Assembly: GCF_009914755.1 (NCBI RefSeq)
Contig: NC_060932.1
Source: the human T2T-CHM13v2.0 reference genome, Homo sapiens
Length of the DNA stretch: 64,000 nucleotides
Reading direction: 5' to 3' (one strand)
Shown: piece by piece, positions 45,662 through 58,088 of the stretch
How positions within the stretch are numbered: the first letter of the stretch is position 1
Layout of the letters: the number at the start of each line of letters is the position of its first letter
Notes under the pieces: model-generated
Seen by the model: only the letters and a program-made list of their open reading frames with translations
Databases searched by the model: none
Told to the model about the DNA's origin: nothing
Translations under genes and position numbers: made by a program

Positions 45662-46133
45662 CTGATCGTTTTCTACTACTCTGTAACAATGGCAACACTG
45701 CAGTTTAAAAAGCAGATGTTTGTTTTCTACAGTTTCCATGGTTTAGGAATACAGGTTAGGAGTACTGGGTCCTATGTTCAGGGTCTGCAATGCTGCAATG
45801 AAGGTACCAGCCGAGCTGCATTCCCATCTGGACATGCAGCCATTTCCAAACACGTCCAGGTTGTTGGCAAAATTCATTTCCTCCCAGGTATAGAATTTAG
45901 GGCCCCAGCTTCTTGCTGGCTATTGTCTGAGAGCTACTTCAGTTGACATGGGACCTCTCTGATGTGGCATTTTTCTTCTTCAGAGCCAGGAGGAGTAACA
46001 TCCATCGACACTGTCATATTCTATTGATTAGAAATAAGTCCCAGTCCTGCCCCCATTGAAAGGCGGAGATTGTGTGGGAAGTAAACACCAGAGAGGAGAA
46101 GTTACTAGATATTATCTTAGAGTCTGTCTGACA
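45662..46133 (-). mobile_element. MLT1E/F-type MaLR LTR
   Basis: caggttgttggcaaaattcatttcct..ccccagcttcttgctggctattg..ctgtcatattctattgattagaaataagtc. Confidence 0.75.
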
Positions 46134-46199
46134 AACAAAATTATGAAAAATGTAACTAAATTAAAGGAATTGGGTCATCACTGAGACCTATAATGAGCA

Positions 46200-46465
46200 A
46201 GAAATATATCAAGTCAGAGATCAAAAATTAAGAGGTTAAAATCATGAGGGGAAGGTCAGGGAACTGAGTGATGGAGTCAGAAGACCTAATGTATGATAAC
46301 CTGGAGTCTTAGGGGTCGAAAACACACACAGGATAAAAGAAATAGAAGATCATGGAGACACAGTAATCAAATAATTAACAGAAAAATAATTCTTTTTACA
46401 TGATGGAAACAATGTAATAGAAACATTGAAGTCTGAAAATCAAATGGGTTCATAGAGTTCCAATC
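46200..46465 (+). mobile_element. HAL1/ancient L1 ORF1-like fragment
   Basis: cagaagacctaatgtatgataacctggagtc..aatcaaataattaacagaaaaataatt..aaatgggttcatagagttcca. Confidence 0.4.
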
Positions 46466-47221
46466 TATATTGAGGAAAATACACCTACACACACACACAA
46501 TTTATACACATACATATTTACACACACACACACACAGACAACATGGGATCTTCCTGAGTATACAACAACTAGTCTACATTTTCCAGTCTTCTTTGTAAGT
46601 AGATGTAGCCACAGATGAATAATTTTTGCTAATAAATTCTGAAAGGTATGCCACTTGCATACCTGGGCCATGGAAAATTATGAAAGCTCTTCATGTTCTC
46701 TTTTTACACGCACGGTAGATGGAATGGAAGCCACTCCTAAGGCAACTTTGTAAAGCACACTTGAGCTGGTAGAAGAATCGTCAGATGTGATGACAAGCTA
46801 CAGGGAAAACTGCCTGCTGCCTTGTTCACCTGCCGCAAAGATAGAGCATATTTGTCAGTAAGTTTCTTGATCACAAAAATAGAAGTAAATCCTTCAGTTG
46901 CCTCTTAGAATCAACACTGTAGAAATAAAGATGAAAATACAAAGAACATATGAAAAATAATATTATTTTGAAGTCTGTGGACTTCGAACAAATAGAAGTT
47001 TTATAATTCGGGGCTTTGCTATAGATACAATGATATATCCACATCAAGATACATCATTCAGTTATTCAAAAGAATAAATTAGAATCGGTGAGTTGAAATG
47101 ATTTCCATAGTGTCTCATCCTTGGAATGAAGAAGAAAAACAAAAAGTGGGAAAGTGTGTTTAATGAAGTGTCATTAAAAAAGAAAAATGGCAACATTAAC
47201 TTTAAAAAAACATCACTTTAT

Positions 47222-47506
47222 TGGGCGGGTGTGGTGGCCAACACCTGTAATCCCAGCACTTTGGGAGGCCGAAGCGGGTGGATTGCCTGAGCTCAGGAGT
47301 TCGACATCAGCCTGGGCAACACGGTGAAACTCCGTCTCTACCTAAAATACAAAAAAATTAGCCGGGCTTGGTGGTAGGCCTCTGTAGTCCCAGCTACTCA
47401 GGAGGCTGAGGCAGGAGAATCGCTTGAACCTGGGAAGTGGAGGTTGCAGTGAGCCAAGATTGCAGCAGCACGGGTGACACAGCGAGACTCTGGTTCAAGA
47501 AAAAAA
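47222..47506 (+). mobile_element. Alu (S-type) with a small right-arm deletion
   Basis: Two-arm Alu; TSD atcactttat at 47212-47221 and 47507-47516. Confidence 0.94.
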
Positions 47507-50500
47507 ATCACTTTATAAATACTTCTATGTTTACAAAAAAAGAATGCTGAAGGATATACATGAGGTTGTTACAAAGACAACTTAAAGAGAGAAAGGAAAT
47601 GGTATTGGGAATGGGAAGAAGAATGAGAAGGGGATCCAAGCAGAAAAATAATACACTAAAAAGAATTAATATGATCACATGCATAATTAATGTAAAAGCC
47701 TCTTTAAGTGTACACATGTGTAAGGAAGTTAAATAGATATTTATTAAACAATTTTAATTATCTCAAATTCGCTTTCTATAGCTATATGGCAGACCTAGAA
47801 CAGGATAGTTACCAATGAAGTGTAATGTGTTGTTTCTCAAAGATATTGGGGGGCAAAGGATGCATGGAAAAACACAGGCATCCAATTGTTGTCCTAGATC
47901 CTGTATTACAACCTTAACTTTTTTTAGAAAATTTATTTTCTCTCATTTTAGTGTTTTAAAAAAATTTCAGATAAATGCCAACTGTTCCAATCTATTCAAA
48001 CTGAAATGATGCAAATATCTATTCTATTATATATGCATTTATCTCAATATATTTTGATCTTTTATTCATCTTAATCTCAGTTGTTTTGAAAGCATATCAA
48101 AATTGAAAAATATAAGAATGATCTGATAAATTATTAAATATATTATATATTCTTCAAGCACATAAATCTAAACTTTGTTACCTGGGATTGTTTTAAAAAT
48201 GGATTTCCACAAACCAATCATCTGCTTTCCTTGTTTCTATCATTTTTACATGTTAGTATTTTACAAGAAGCCAATTTATTATTATGGCTGTTTTTGAAAT
48301 TTTTACTTTAAGAACTTTCATTTTGACAGAACTCTTTACATATTTGGCTTAATAATAATTTAGTAATTTAAATAAGCCAAAATGCTCTTTTGCAATTTTT
48401 AAAGTAATAGTCTTCATCTGCATTGCATTACAAATGTATCAAAACAATGAGAAATATGTTAATATTCACAATATGAAATATACAAATTTAAGAATGATTT
48501 TAGGTGGCATTATTCTATATACAGAATAACCAGTAGCCAGAAAACAAAACTAAACACTCAAGTTGTTACTTGTACTTTGTGAAGAATGACATTTTCTCTC
48601 TGAGCCTTCTTTCAGTCTCTAAGAATTGCTGGTTAATTAAGTGAAATCTTTAAAAAGCTTTTAGATCCTCAAAGTTTTGCTGGGTGGCACTTGAAATTCC
48701 TGATGTGCTCAGTTTGTTTTCTATAGCTTGCCATTGCTGTCTCATGTCAGAATTCTTCAGTTACTCCATTTGTTGTTGTGATTGGTTTGATTTAGTTTGA
48801 TTTGGTTTTGGTTTTATTTGCCTCAAAGTAGGATGCTACAGATCTCTTTTCCATTGGGTAGTCCACTTCTCTGCAGTACACTAAGTAGATATTCATCCTC
48901 TCCAAAATTTTAGTGATTTTTTTCAGTGACTAATTTGTCACTCACTGACCTAACCAACGAATATCTAAATATGATACTAAAGAGCTGCTATTTTTGAAAT
49001 AGTTCATTTAGAAAAATAATAAATTTCATTTTATTCCATCTATTAGAAATATAAATATTCACATTTAATTTTTGTAGAGCATTTTTCCACCGCATTCCAA
49101 TAAGCCATGTATAATGGAGGTGGTCTTCCCCGTGAAAGAAAAAACAAATGGTCTGCTCTCTGGCAGTGTCTTTTTTCCATCAGATCAAGGAAGTACATGC
49201 AGTGTAATAATATCACAACATCCACACATGAGGAAAGTCATCTAGTCCTTCTAGTCCACACTATTTTGTGTGTCCCAAATAAATATAAACTCTTGTAGAA
49301 ATCAATACTGATAATAAGAAGAAAGAAAAATAAATTAGCAAACCAAAAACGTTTTTGGTTTGTCTATTTCAAAAAAAAAATGATCTATTTATATCTCTTC
49401 CTTTGAGAAATGTCTGTTCAGATCCTTTGCCCATTTTTTAATTTGGTTATTTGTTTTCTTGCTTTTGAGTTGTTTTAGTTCCTTATATAATTTTAATATT
49501 AGTCCCTCATCAGATATATGGTTTGCAAATATTTTCTCCCAACTCACAGGTTGTCTCTTCACTTTGTTATTTCCTTTGCTGTGTGGAAGATTTTTAGTTT
49601 GATGCAATCCCATTTGTTTGTTTTTGCTTTCGTTGCCTGTACTTTTGGAGTCCTATCTAAGAAATCATTGCCCAGAACAATGTTGTGGATCATTTCTCCT
49701 ATTTTCTTCTAGTGGCTTTACAGTTGAAAGTCTTACATGTAAGTCATTTATCCATTTTGAGCTGATTTTTAAAATACAATGTGAGGTAAGTTCTAATTTA
49801 ATTCTTCAGCTTGTGCATATCCAGTTTTCCCAGCACCATTTATTAAAGAAACAATCCTTTCACCATTGTGTTCTTAACACCTTTATCAAAAATCAATTGA
49901 CTGAGAAAAGTTGGGTTTATTTGTGGGTTTCCATCCTATTCCGTTGGTTGATGTATCTACTTTTTATGTCAGTGCAATGCTGTTTTGGGTTACAATAGCT
50001 TCACACTGCATTTTAAATAAAGGTGTGTGATGTCTCCAGCTTTGTTATTTTTGCCCAAGATTGTTTTGGCTATTTTGGGACTTTTTTGGTTTCATATGAA
50101 TTTTAGGATTGTTTTTCATATTTCTGTGAAAAATTGCATTAGAATTTTCATAGGAACTGTATTGAATCTGCAGATTATTTTGGGTAGTATGCATATTTTA
50201 ACAAGATTAATTCTTCCAATCTATGAACATGAGATATCTTTTTATTTAATTGTGTCTTCTTCAATTTCTTTCATGATATTATATAGTTTTCAGTATACAG
50301 ATACTTCACTTTCTTGGCTAAATTTACTCCAACATATTTTATTTTCTGCAGCTAAATTATAAATGGGATTGTTTTCTGGATTTCTCTATTGAATAGTTTA
50401 TTTTTACCATATAGATATGTTACAGATTTTTGAATGTTGATTAATGATTGGCCAACAGCTATTTAAAAAAATTTCAACCTCTTTAATCGTTAGAGAAATG

Positions 50501-50848
50501 GAAGTTAAAACCACAAGATATCTCATCCTGCCTGTTAGAATGGCTATTATCAAAAAGATGAATGATGACGTGTTGGTGAGAATATGGAGAAAAGGCAATC
50601 CTTGTACACTGTTGGTGGGAGTGTAAATTAGTACGTCTACTATGGAAAATAATATAGAGGTTTCTCAGAAAGCTTAAAATATAATTGCCATATAATCCAG
50701 TGCTTCTGGGTATATATCCAAAGGGATTTAATTAGTATGTTAAAGAATATCTGCACTTCCATATTCATTTCAGCATTTTTTTACATTAGCCAAGAAAGAG
50801 AAGCAACCTAAGTGTCCATCAATGGATGAATGGATAAAGAAAGGGTGA

Positions 50849-51010
50849 TTATATATACATATATATATACACGTATATATACGTATATATACGTGTATAT
50901 ATATATATATACGTATATATACGTGTATATATATATGTATATATACGTATATATACGTGTATATATATATGTATATATACGTGTATATATATATGTATAT
51001 ATATGTATGT
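50849..51010. repeat. (TA)n-derived compound microsatellite with TACG/TATG variants
   Basis: Seen directly. Confidence 0.97.
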
Positions 51011-51285
51011 ATTGATAATGGGGGAGGCTATGAATGCATCAGGGTAGGAAGTTATGGGATATTCCTATACCTTCCACTCAATTTTGCTCCTAACTTAAAA
51101 TTGTTTTTTACAAAATAAGTCTAAAAAAAAACTTACAATAAAAGTGAAACTTTTAATAGTATATAGTATTTCCAAAGTGAGCATCTCATTTTATATTATA
51201 GCTGCCCTGTTTATTTATTTAAATAGATGCCTATATAATAGAATTGAACTATCTGGATTTTGTTACTGGTTCACAGCTCTAATTT
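51010..51285 (-). repeat. Inverted copy of 52045-52323
   Basis: 51010-51248 is the reverse complement of 52083-52323 (about 90% by eye); 51271-51285 is the exact reverse complement of 52045-52059. Confidence 0.95.
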
Positions 51286-51865
51286 TGTATATATATTTAT
51301 AATATAAAAATATATTAAAAAATACATACACACACACATAGACACACACACACAGGCAATGGAATACTATGCATCCTTAATATAGAAGGAAATCCTGTCA
51401 TTTGAGACAATATGAATGAAACTGGAGGATATTACATTATGTGAAAAAAGACAGGCACAGAAAGGCAAATACTACACGTTCTCACTCATACATGGACTCT
51501 GTCAAAGTAGATCTCATAGAAACAGAGAGTAAAAAGGTAGTTACCAGAGCCTGACAGTGGTAAGGGGAGGAGAGAGAAAGAGAAGATGCTGATCCAAGGG
51601 TACAAAGTTTCAGTTAGACTGGAGGAAGAAGTTTTAGTGATCTATTGCACTCCGTGTTCACCACTGTTAATAATACTGTATTGCATATTTCAAAATTGCT
51701 AAAATTTATTTTTAATGTTTTCGCCACAGAAAAAGATAAACTGGGGAGGTGAAATATATGTTCATTAGCTCGATTTATCTTTTAATAATATATACATAGA
51801 TCAAAACATCACACTACCCTCAAAAATATATGTAATTATTGTTTGTTAGTTAAAAATAATTTTTC

Positions 51866-52068
51866 AAACCCCTGGGGAGTAAGTCTCTAATAAACTTCCC
51901 TGGCAGACAGCATTTCATACGTGTTGCCATCCACGTCCTGTGTAATTACTGGGAGAGAATTTTTGGAAGCTTGTGCCTGATTTCCTGAGACTTTCACGCA
52001 CCTTTTTCCTTTGCTGATTTTTCTTGATATCCTTCAGCTATAGTAAATTAGAGCTGTGAGTACAACTG
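51866..52068 (+). mobile_element. MER21-type LTR fragment
   Basis: aaacccctgg..cttccctggcagaca..actgggagag..tggaagcttgtgcctg..cctttgctgatttt..gtgagtacaac. Confidence 0.7.
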
Positions 52069-55000
52069 AGAAAAAAAAACAATTCAATTCTATTATATAG
52101 GCATCTATTTAAATAAATAAGCAGGGCAGCTATAATATAAAATGAGATGCTCACTTTGGAAATATTACATATTATTAAAAGTTTCACTTTTATTGTAAGG
52201 TTTCTTTTTTAGACTTATTTTTACAAAAACAATTTTAGGTTAGGAGCAAAGTTGAGAGGAATGTACAGGGATATCCCATAACTTCCTACCCTCATGCATG
52301 CATAGCCTCCCCCATTATCAATATCACCACAAAGGTGGTACATTTTTTCTAACTGATGAACTTATATTGGCACATCATTATCACTGAAAAGACTATAGTT
52401 TACATTGTGGTTACTCTTGGTGTTCTACATTTTCTGGGTTTGGGTAAATGTATAATGACATGTAGTTATCATATAGAATTGTTTCACTGCCTTTAAAGTC
52501 CTCTGTTCTCTACCTATTCATCTGTCTCTTCTAATCATTGGCAACCACTGATCTTTTTACTGTCTCCATAGTTTTGCCTTTTTCAGAATATAATGTAGTT
52601 TGAATCACACAGTATGCAGCCTTTTCAGATGGGCTTTTTTCACTTAATAATATGCTTTTAAGATTTCTTCATGGCTTAAGAGCTTGTTTCCTTTTAGTGT
52701 TAAATATTATCCCATTGTCTGGATGTATCTGTTTATCCATTTACCTATTGAGGGTCATCTTGGGGGCTTTAAAGTTCATCAATTATGAATAAAAAGGCTA
52801 CAAATATCCATGTGCAGGTTTTTGTGTGGACATAAGTTCTAAACTCCTTTGGGAAAATACCAAGGAGCATGGTTGCTAGACCAGATGGTGACAGTATGTT
52901 TAGTTTTGTAAGAAATCATCAAACCATCTCCTAAAGTGTCTGTACTGCTTTGTATTCCTTCCAGCCATTAATAAGGATTTCTGCTGCTCCACATTCTCAC
53001 CAGCACTTGCCGGTGTTATGAATTTGGCCCATTTTAATGGGTTTGTAGTGGTATTTCATTGTCGTTTTGATTTTCATTTACCTGATGACATATATATGAT
53101 GTGGAGCACTTTTTCTCTCCCTATTTGCCATCTCTATATCTTCTTTGGTGAGGTTTCTGTTAAGGTCTTTGGCCTATTTTTAGTTGAGTCTTTTATTATT
53201 GTTACATTTTAAGAGTTTTGTCTATATTTTGGATAACTGTCCTTTATTAGGTATGTTTTCTGCACATGCTTTCTTTCAGTCTGCAGCTTGTGTTTTCACT
53301 CTCTTGACAGTATCTTTTGCAGAGTAGAAATATTTAATTTTAATGAGGGTCCACTTATCAATTACTTCATGGATTGTGCCTTTGGTGTCATAACTGAAAA
53401 GTCATCATCAAACTCAAGGTAATCTAGATTTTATTCTATGTTATCATCTAGGAGTTTGATAGTGTTGTGTTTTACATTTAGGTATGTTATCCATTTGCAG
53501 TTAATTTTTGTGAAAAGTGTAAGATCTGTGTCTAGATTCCTTTTTTTGGCATATGAATGTCCACTTGTTCCAGCACCATTTGGGAAAAACATAATCTTTG
53601 CTTTATCGTCTTGCCTTTGCTTCCTTGTCAAAGATCAGTGGACTATATTTATCTGGGTCTATTTCTGGGCTCTCTATCCTGTTCCATTAATTAATTGTCT
53701 ATTTGTTCACCAATACAATATTGTCTTCACTATTCTAGCTTCATAGTAAGTCTTAAAATTGGGTAATACTTGTCCTCCCACTTTGTCCTTCTTCAAAAAA
53801 GTCATCAATTCTGGGTCTTCTGCCTCTCCATGTAAGCTTTACAATCAGTTTGTCAGTATTCATATACCACTTTTCTGAGATTTTTATGGGGATTGCATTT
53901 ACTTTATAGATTGAGAAGAACTGGCAATATTGAGTCTTCCTATTCATTAACATGAAATATATCTGTTTTGTTAGTTCTTCTTTGATTTATTTTATCAGTG
54001 TTTTGGAGGTTTCCTTGTATAGATTTTGTACGTTTCATTAGATTTATACATAAGTATTTAATTTGAGGTGAAGTGTTAATATAAATGTATTATGTTTTTT
54101 TATTTCAAATTCCACTTGTTCATTGATGGAATATAGGAAAGTTGTTATCTCCTATTTATTAAACTTGCATCCTGCAAACTTGCTATAATTGCTTATTAGT
54201 CCAAGGACTACTTTGTTGATTCATTCCATTTTTCTGCACAGATGATCAAGTCATCTGCAAATGAAAAGTTTTCTTTCTTACCAAAATGTCTATCATTTAT
54301 TTCCTTTTCTTATCTCATTGTAGTAGCTAGGACTTCCAATACAATGTTGAAAACCAGTGGTGAGAGGACATACTTGTTTTGTTTCTGATCTTAGTGGGAA
54401 AGTTTCTAATTTCTCACATTAAGCATGATGTTAGCTTAGATTTCCTGTAGATGTTCTTGAACAAGTTCAGTAAGTTCACCTCTATTACTAATTTACTGAG
54501 AGTTTGTATCATGAATGAGTGTTGGATTTTGTCAAATTATTTTTCTGCATCTATTGTTGAGATCATTTGATTTTTCTTCTTAACCCATTGATGTGATAAA
54601 TTACATTAGTTGATATCTGAATGTTGAACCAGCTTGCATACTTCAAATAAATCCCATTTTTTATCATGGTGTATAATTCTTTTTATAAGTTGTTGAATTC
54701 AATTTTCTAATTCTGGGTTTTTGCACCTGTGTTCATGAGCAATCTTGGTCTATAGTTTTCCTTTCTCATAATATCTTCATCTGATTTTGGTATTAGGGTG
54801 ATTCTAGCTTCATAGAATGAGCTAGAAAGTATTTTCACTGCTTCCATCACAAATAAAGAGATTGTAGAGAATTTGGTATAATTTATTTCTTAAATTGCTT
54901 GGTAGAATTTTCCAGTGAACTCATCTGAGCCAGATTTATCCTGTTTTGGAATGTTATTAATTATTGATTCAATTTATTTAATAGATATAGGCCTATTCTG

Positions 55001-56172
55001 ATTGTCTATTTCTTCTTGTGTAAGCTTTATCAGATTGTTTCTTTCAAGGAATTTGTCCATTTCATCTGTTATCAAATTTGTGAGCACAGAGTTGTTCATG
55101 GTATTCCTTCGTTATCTTTTCAAGGTCCATTAATGTCCACTTAATGTACTGATGTCTCCTTGTTCATTTCTGACATTAGTACTTTATGTTCTCTCTCTTG
55201 TTTTCTTAGTTAGCCTAGCTAGAGGCTTGTCAATTTTATTAATCTTTGTGCAGCAGCAGCTTTTTGTTTCATTACTTATTCTTATTAATTTCCTGTTTTC
55301 AATTTATTGATTTCTGCTATTTCATTATTTATTTTATATTGCCAATTTTTGATGTAATTTGTTCTTTCTTTTCTAATTTGCTAAGGTGGAAACTTAGATG
55401 ATCGATTGGTAATACAACAATCATCTTGGCAGGGTTGTTTTTTTCTGTTAACACTCAAGTATTTCACTTCATTTTTTTCTTGCTTATATGGCTTCTGAGG
55501 AAAAGTCAGATATAGCTATGATATTTTTCTTCTCTATAAGTAATATGTGTTTTTTTCTGGACTCTTTCAGGTTTTGTTATTTATGTTTGACTTTTTTTAC
55601 TTTGAAAATGATACACCTAAGTGTAGGGTTATTTTGACATTTATCTTGTGTTATGTTCCCTCAATTTCCTGAATCTTCAGTTTGGTGTTTGACATTAATT
55701 TGGAGGAATCCTCAGTCATCACTGTTTCAAATATTTATTCTGTTCATTTTTTTCTTTCTTTCCCTTCTGGTATTCTCATTACATGTATGTTGCATCGTTT
55801 GTAGTTGTTTCACAACTCTTGAATATTTTGTTCTTTTTTTTCATTCTTTGTTCTCTTTGCTTTTCAGTTTTGGGGGTTTCCATTGATACATGCTCAAAGT
55901 CATAAATTTTTTTCCCTCAGCAGTGTCCAGTCTACCAAAAAGCCCATCAAAGGTATTCTTCATTTCTTTTACAGTGTTTTGATCCTTAGCATCTGTTGTT
56001 TCATTCTTTGGATTTCTATCATTCTGTTTGAATTGCCCATCTGTTCTTGTATATTGCCTACTTTAGACATCAGAGTCCTTAGCACATTAATCACAGTTGT
56101 TTTAAATTCCTTGTCTGATAATTCCAATATCCCTGCCATGTCTGGTTCTGGTGCTTGATCTGTCTCTTCAAA

Positions 56173-56173
<1 letters not shown>

Positions 56174-56219
<46 letters not shown>

Positions 56220-56240
56220 CATGGAGAGAGAGAGAGCGCG
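56174..56240. repeat. (TG)n plus (GA)n microsatellite
   Basis: Seen directly. Confidence 0.97.
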
Positions 56241-56561
56241 CATGCCTTTTAGTATGCTTGCACTTTTTTGTTGATAGTCAGATAAGATGTACTGTATAAG
56301 AGGAACTTCAATGAATAGGTCTTTAGTAATGTGGTGGTAAGGTGTGGGGCTGGGAATAATTCTATAGTCTTATGATTAGGTATCTGTTTTTCAGTAAATC
56401 TCTGCTTCTGAGCTGTGACTTTCACAAGTGCTTCTCCATTTTTTCTTCTTCTTTTTCTGTTATTCCGCATGCAAGGCTGAAGTAGGCTAGACCTGGGTAT
56501 TTCCCTTTTCTCCAGTAAGTTATGCTCTGACATAACTCCAGCTGGTTTGGCTCTGGTTAAC

Positions 56562-57104
56562 TGTATTAGTCAGAGTTCTCTAGAGGGACAGAACTAATAG
56601 GATAGATGTATATATGAAAGAGGGTTTATTAAGGAGTATTGTCTCGCACAATCACAAGGTGAAGTCCCCAACTGGCCATCTGCAACCTGAGGAGCAAGGA
56701 AGCCAGTCTGAGTCTTAAAACCTCAAAAGTAGGGAAGCTGACAGTGCAGCCTTCAATCTGTGGCCAAAGGCTGGAGAGCCCTGGCAAATCATTGGTGTAG
56801 GTCCAAGAGTCTAAAATCTGGAGAACTTGTAGTCTGATGTTCCAAGGCAGGAAGTATCTAGCACGGGAGAAAGATGAAGGCCGGAAGACTTAGCATGTCT
56901 ACTCCTTCCAACTTCTTCTGCCTGCTTTATTCTAGCCATGCTGGCAGCTGATTAGATGGTGCCCACCCAGGTAGAGGGTGGGTCTGCCTCTCCCAGTCCG
57001 CTGACTCAAATGTTAACCTCCTTTGGCAACAGCCTCAAAGACACACCCAGGAACAACATTTTGCACCCTTCAATTCAATCAAGTTGACAATATTAACCAT
57101 CACA
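56562..57104 (-). mobile_element. MLT2A (A2-like length) HERV-L 3' LTR
   Basis: tgtattagtcagagttctctagagggacagaactaatagg..caatcaagttgacaatattaaccatcaca; adjacent polypurine tract (agtccacccctt, 57105-57116). Confidence 0.93.
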
Positions 57105-58088
57105 AGTCCACCCCTTGTCAACTTGAATCCATACACATCTCCAGAAATCATATATAATCTTCAAATAAAGACAATAGTAAGGTCATAATTATGCCTAACA
57201 TAATATGGCTATCCTTCATACAACCAGAAACACACTAATCCTTAACCTAAATGCTATTACATAAAGTTAACAAACACTTAAATGCTGATATGAAGTCAGT
57301 AAACATTATGCCACATGATAAAGAAAAAAATGAAAATGAAGATATTTTCTTACTACAAGTGTATACATGCACAAACATGTTCTTAACAAAATAAGGAGGA
57401 AATACTCATCACAATTACAGTCCTTGTTTCTGCAGCTGGTCATGTGGTTATAGCTGGTATTGATGACTACCTTCTTCTACTACTCATTCTGTATTCCCTT
57501 TGCTTTTAGCAAGCACCTCAGTGGGTCATGGATTTTTTATCTGGTGGGGTAAACCAAACCTTCATTCCTGAAGAGTCTGGGCCATTAGTAGTCCTGCCTG
57601 GATTGGGTTGTTGTAGTGTCTCACTGACCTTAATCACAGTGCATGGTAATACTAAGAGATGCCCTAAGGAATCTCCTGTATTTCACACATTCTTCCTTAC
57701 CTCCATTGTGGGTAGTAGACTGATTTCATCTTGCTAGTTCAGATCAATCACTACAGCCAACACTGTACCTCCCTTCTTAGCCTGTTGACTTAGAGGTAAG
57801 AGGAGCCCAAAGTGGCCAGGTGGCAATCTTAATTTCCAGTTTAATGGAATTGTTGTTGTGTCTCCTGGTGGCAGTATTCCTCCCACTGAAACTAAGACCT
57901 CTTGGCCAGCAGAACATAATGTCTTGGGAACAGGAAACAAAATTTTGCTAGTGGGTCCCTAGGGGTGATGGTGAGTGGTGCCATTTCCACTTCTAACCCT
58001 TGATTCCCGGAACCATGAATCCTGGCCATAGGAGAAACAGTACCATATATTGGCACCATTCAGGGTAGACACAGCCTTCTAGAGTACT
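57105..58088 (-). mobile_element. HERV-L internal 3' fragment with decayed dUTPase-like frame
   Basis: Minus ORF 57734-57940 LPPGDTTTIPLNWKLRLPPGHFGLLLPLSQQAKKG..VID resembles the ERV-L dUTPase; the frame is interrupted by a stop. Confidence 0.88.

Larger units (their letters stand above)
49385..51858 (+). mobile_element. L1MA (5-8-like) with 5' inversion (49385-50442 antisense, 50449-51858 sense)
   Basis: Minus ORF 49389-49613 [31 protein letters not shown] continues as plus ORF 50444-50626 SLIVREMEVKTT; L1MA 3' UTR gggtacaaagtttcagttagactggagg. Confidence 0.9.

Noticed and set aside
50830-51015. Tyr/Ile/Val-rich ORF (also VCVC/HTHT ORFs at 26475, 26705, 40774)
   Set aside because: Translations of dinucleotide microsatellites.
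57734-57940. dUTPase-like ORF as a functional or domesticated gene
   Set aside because: Short frame closed by a premature stop within a decayed HERV-L fragment.
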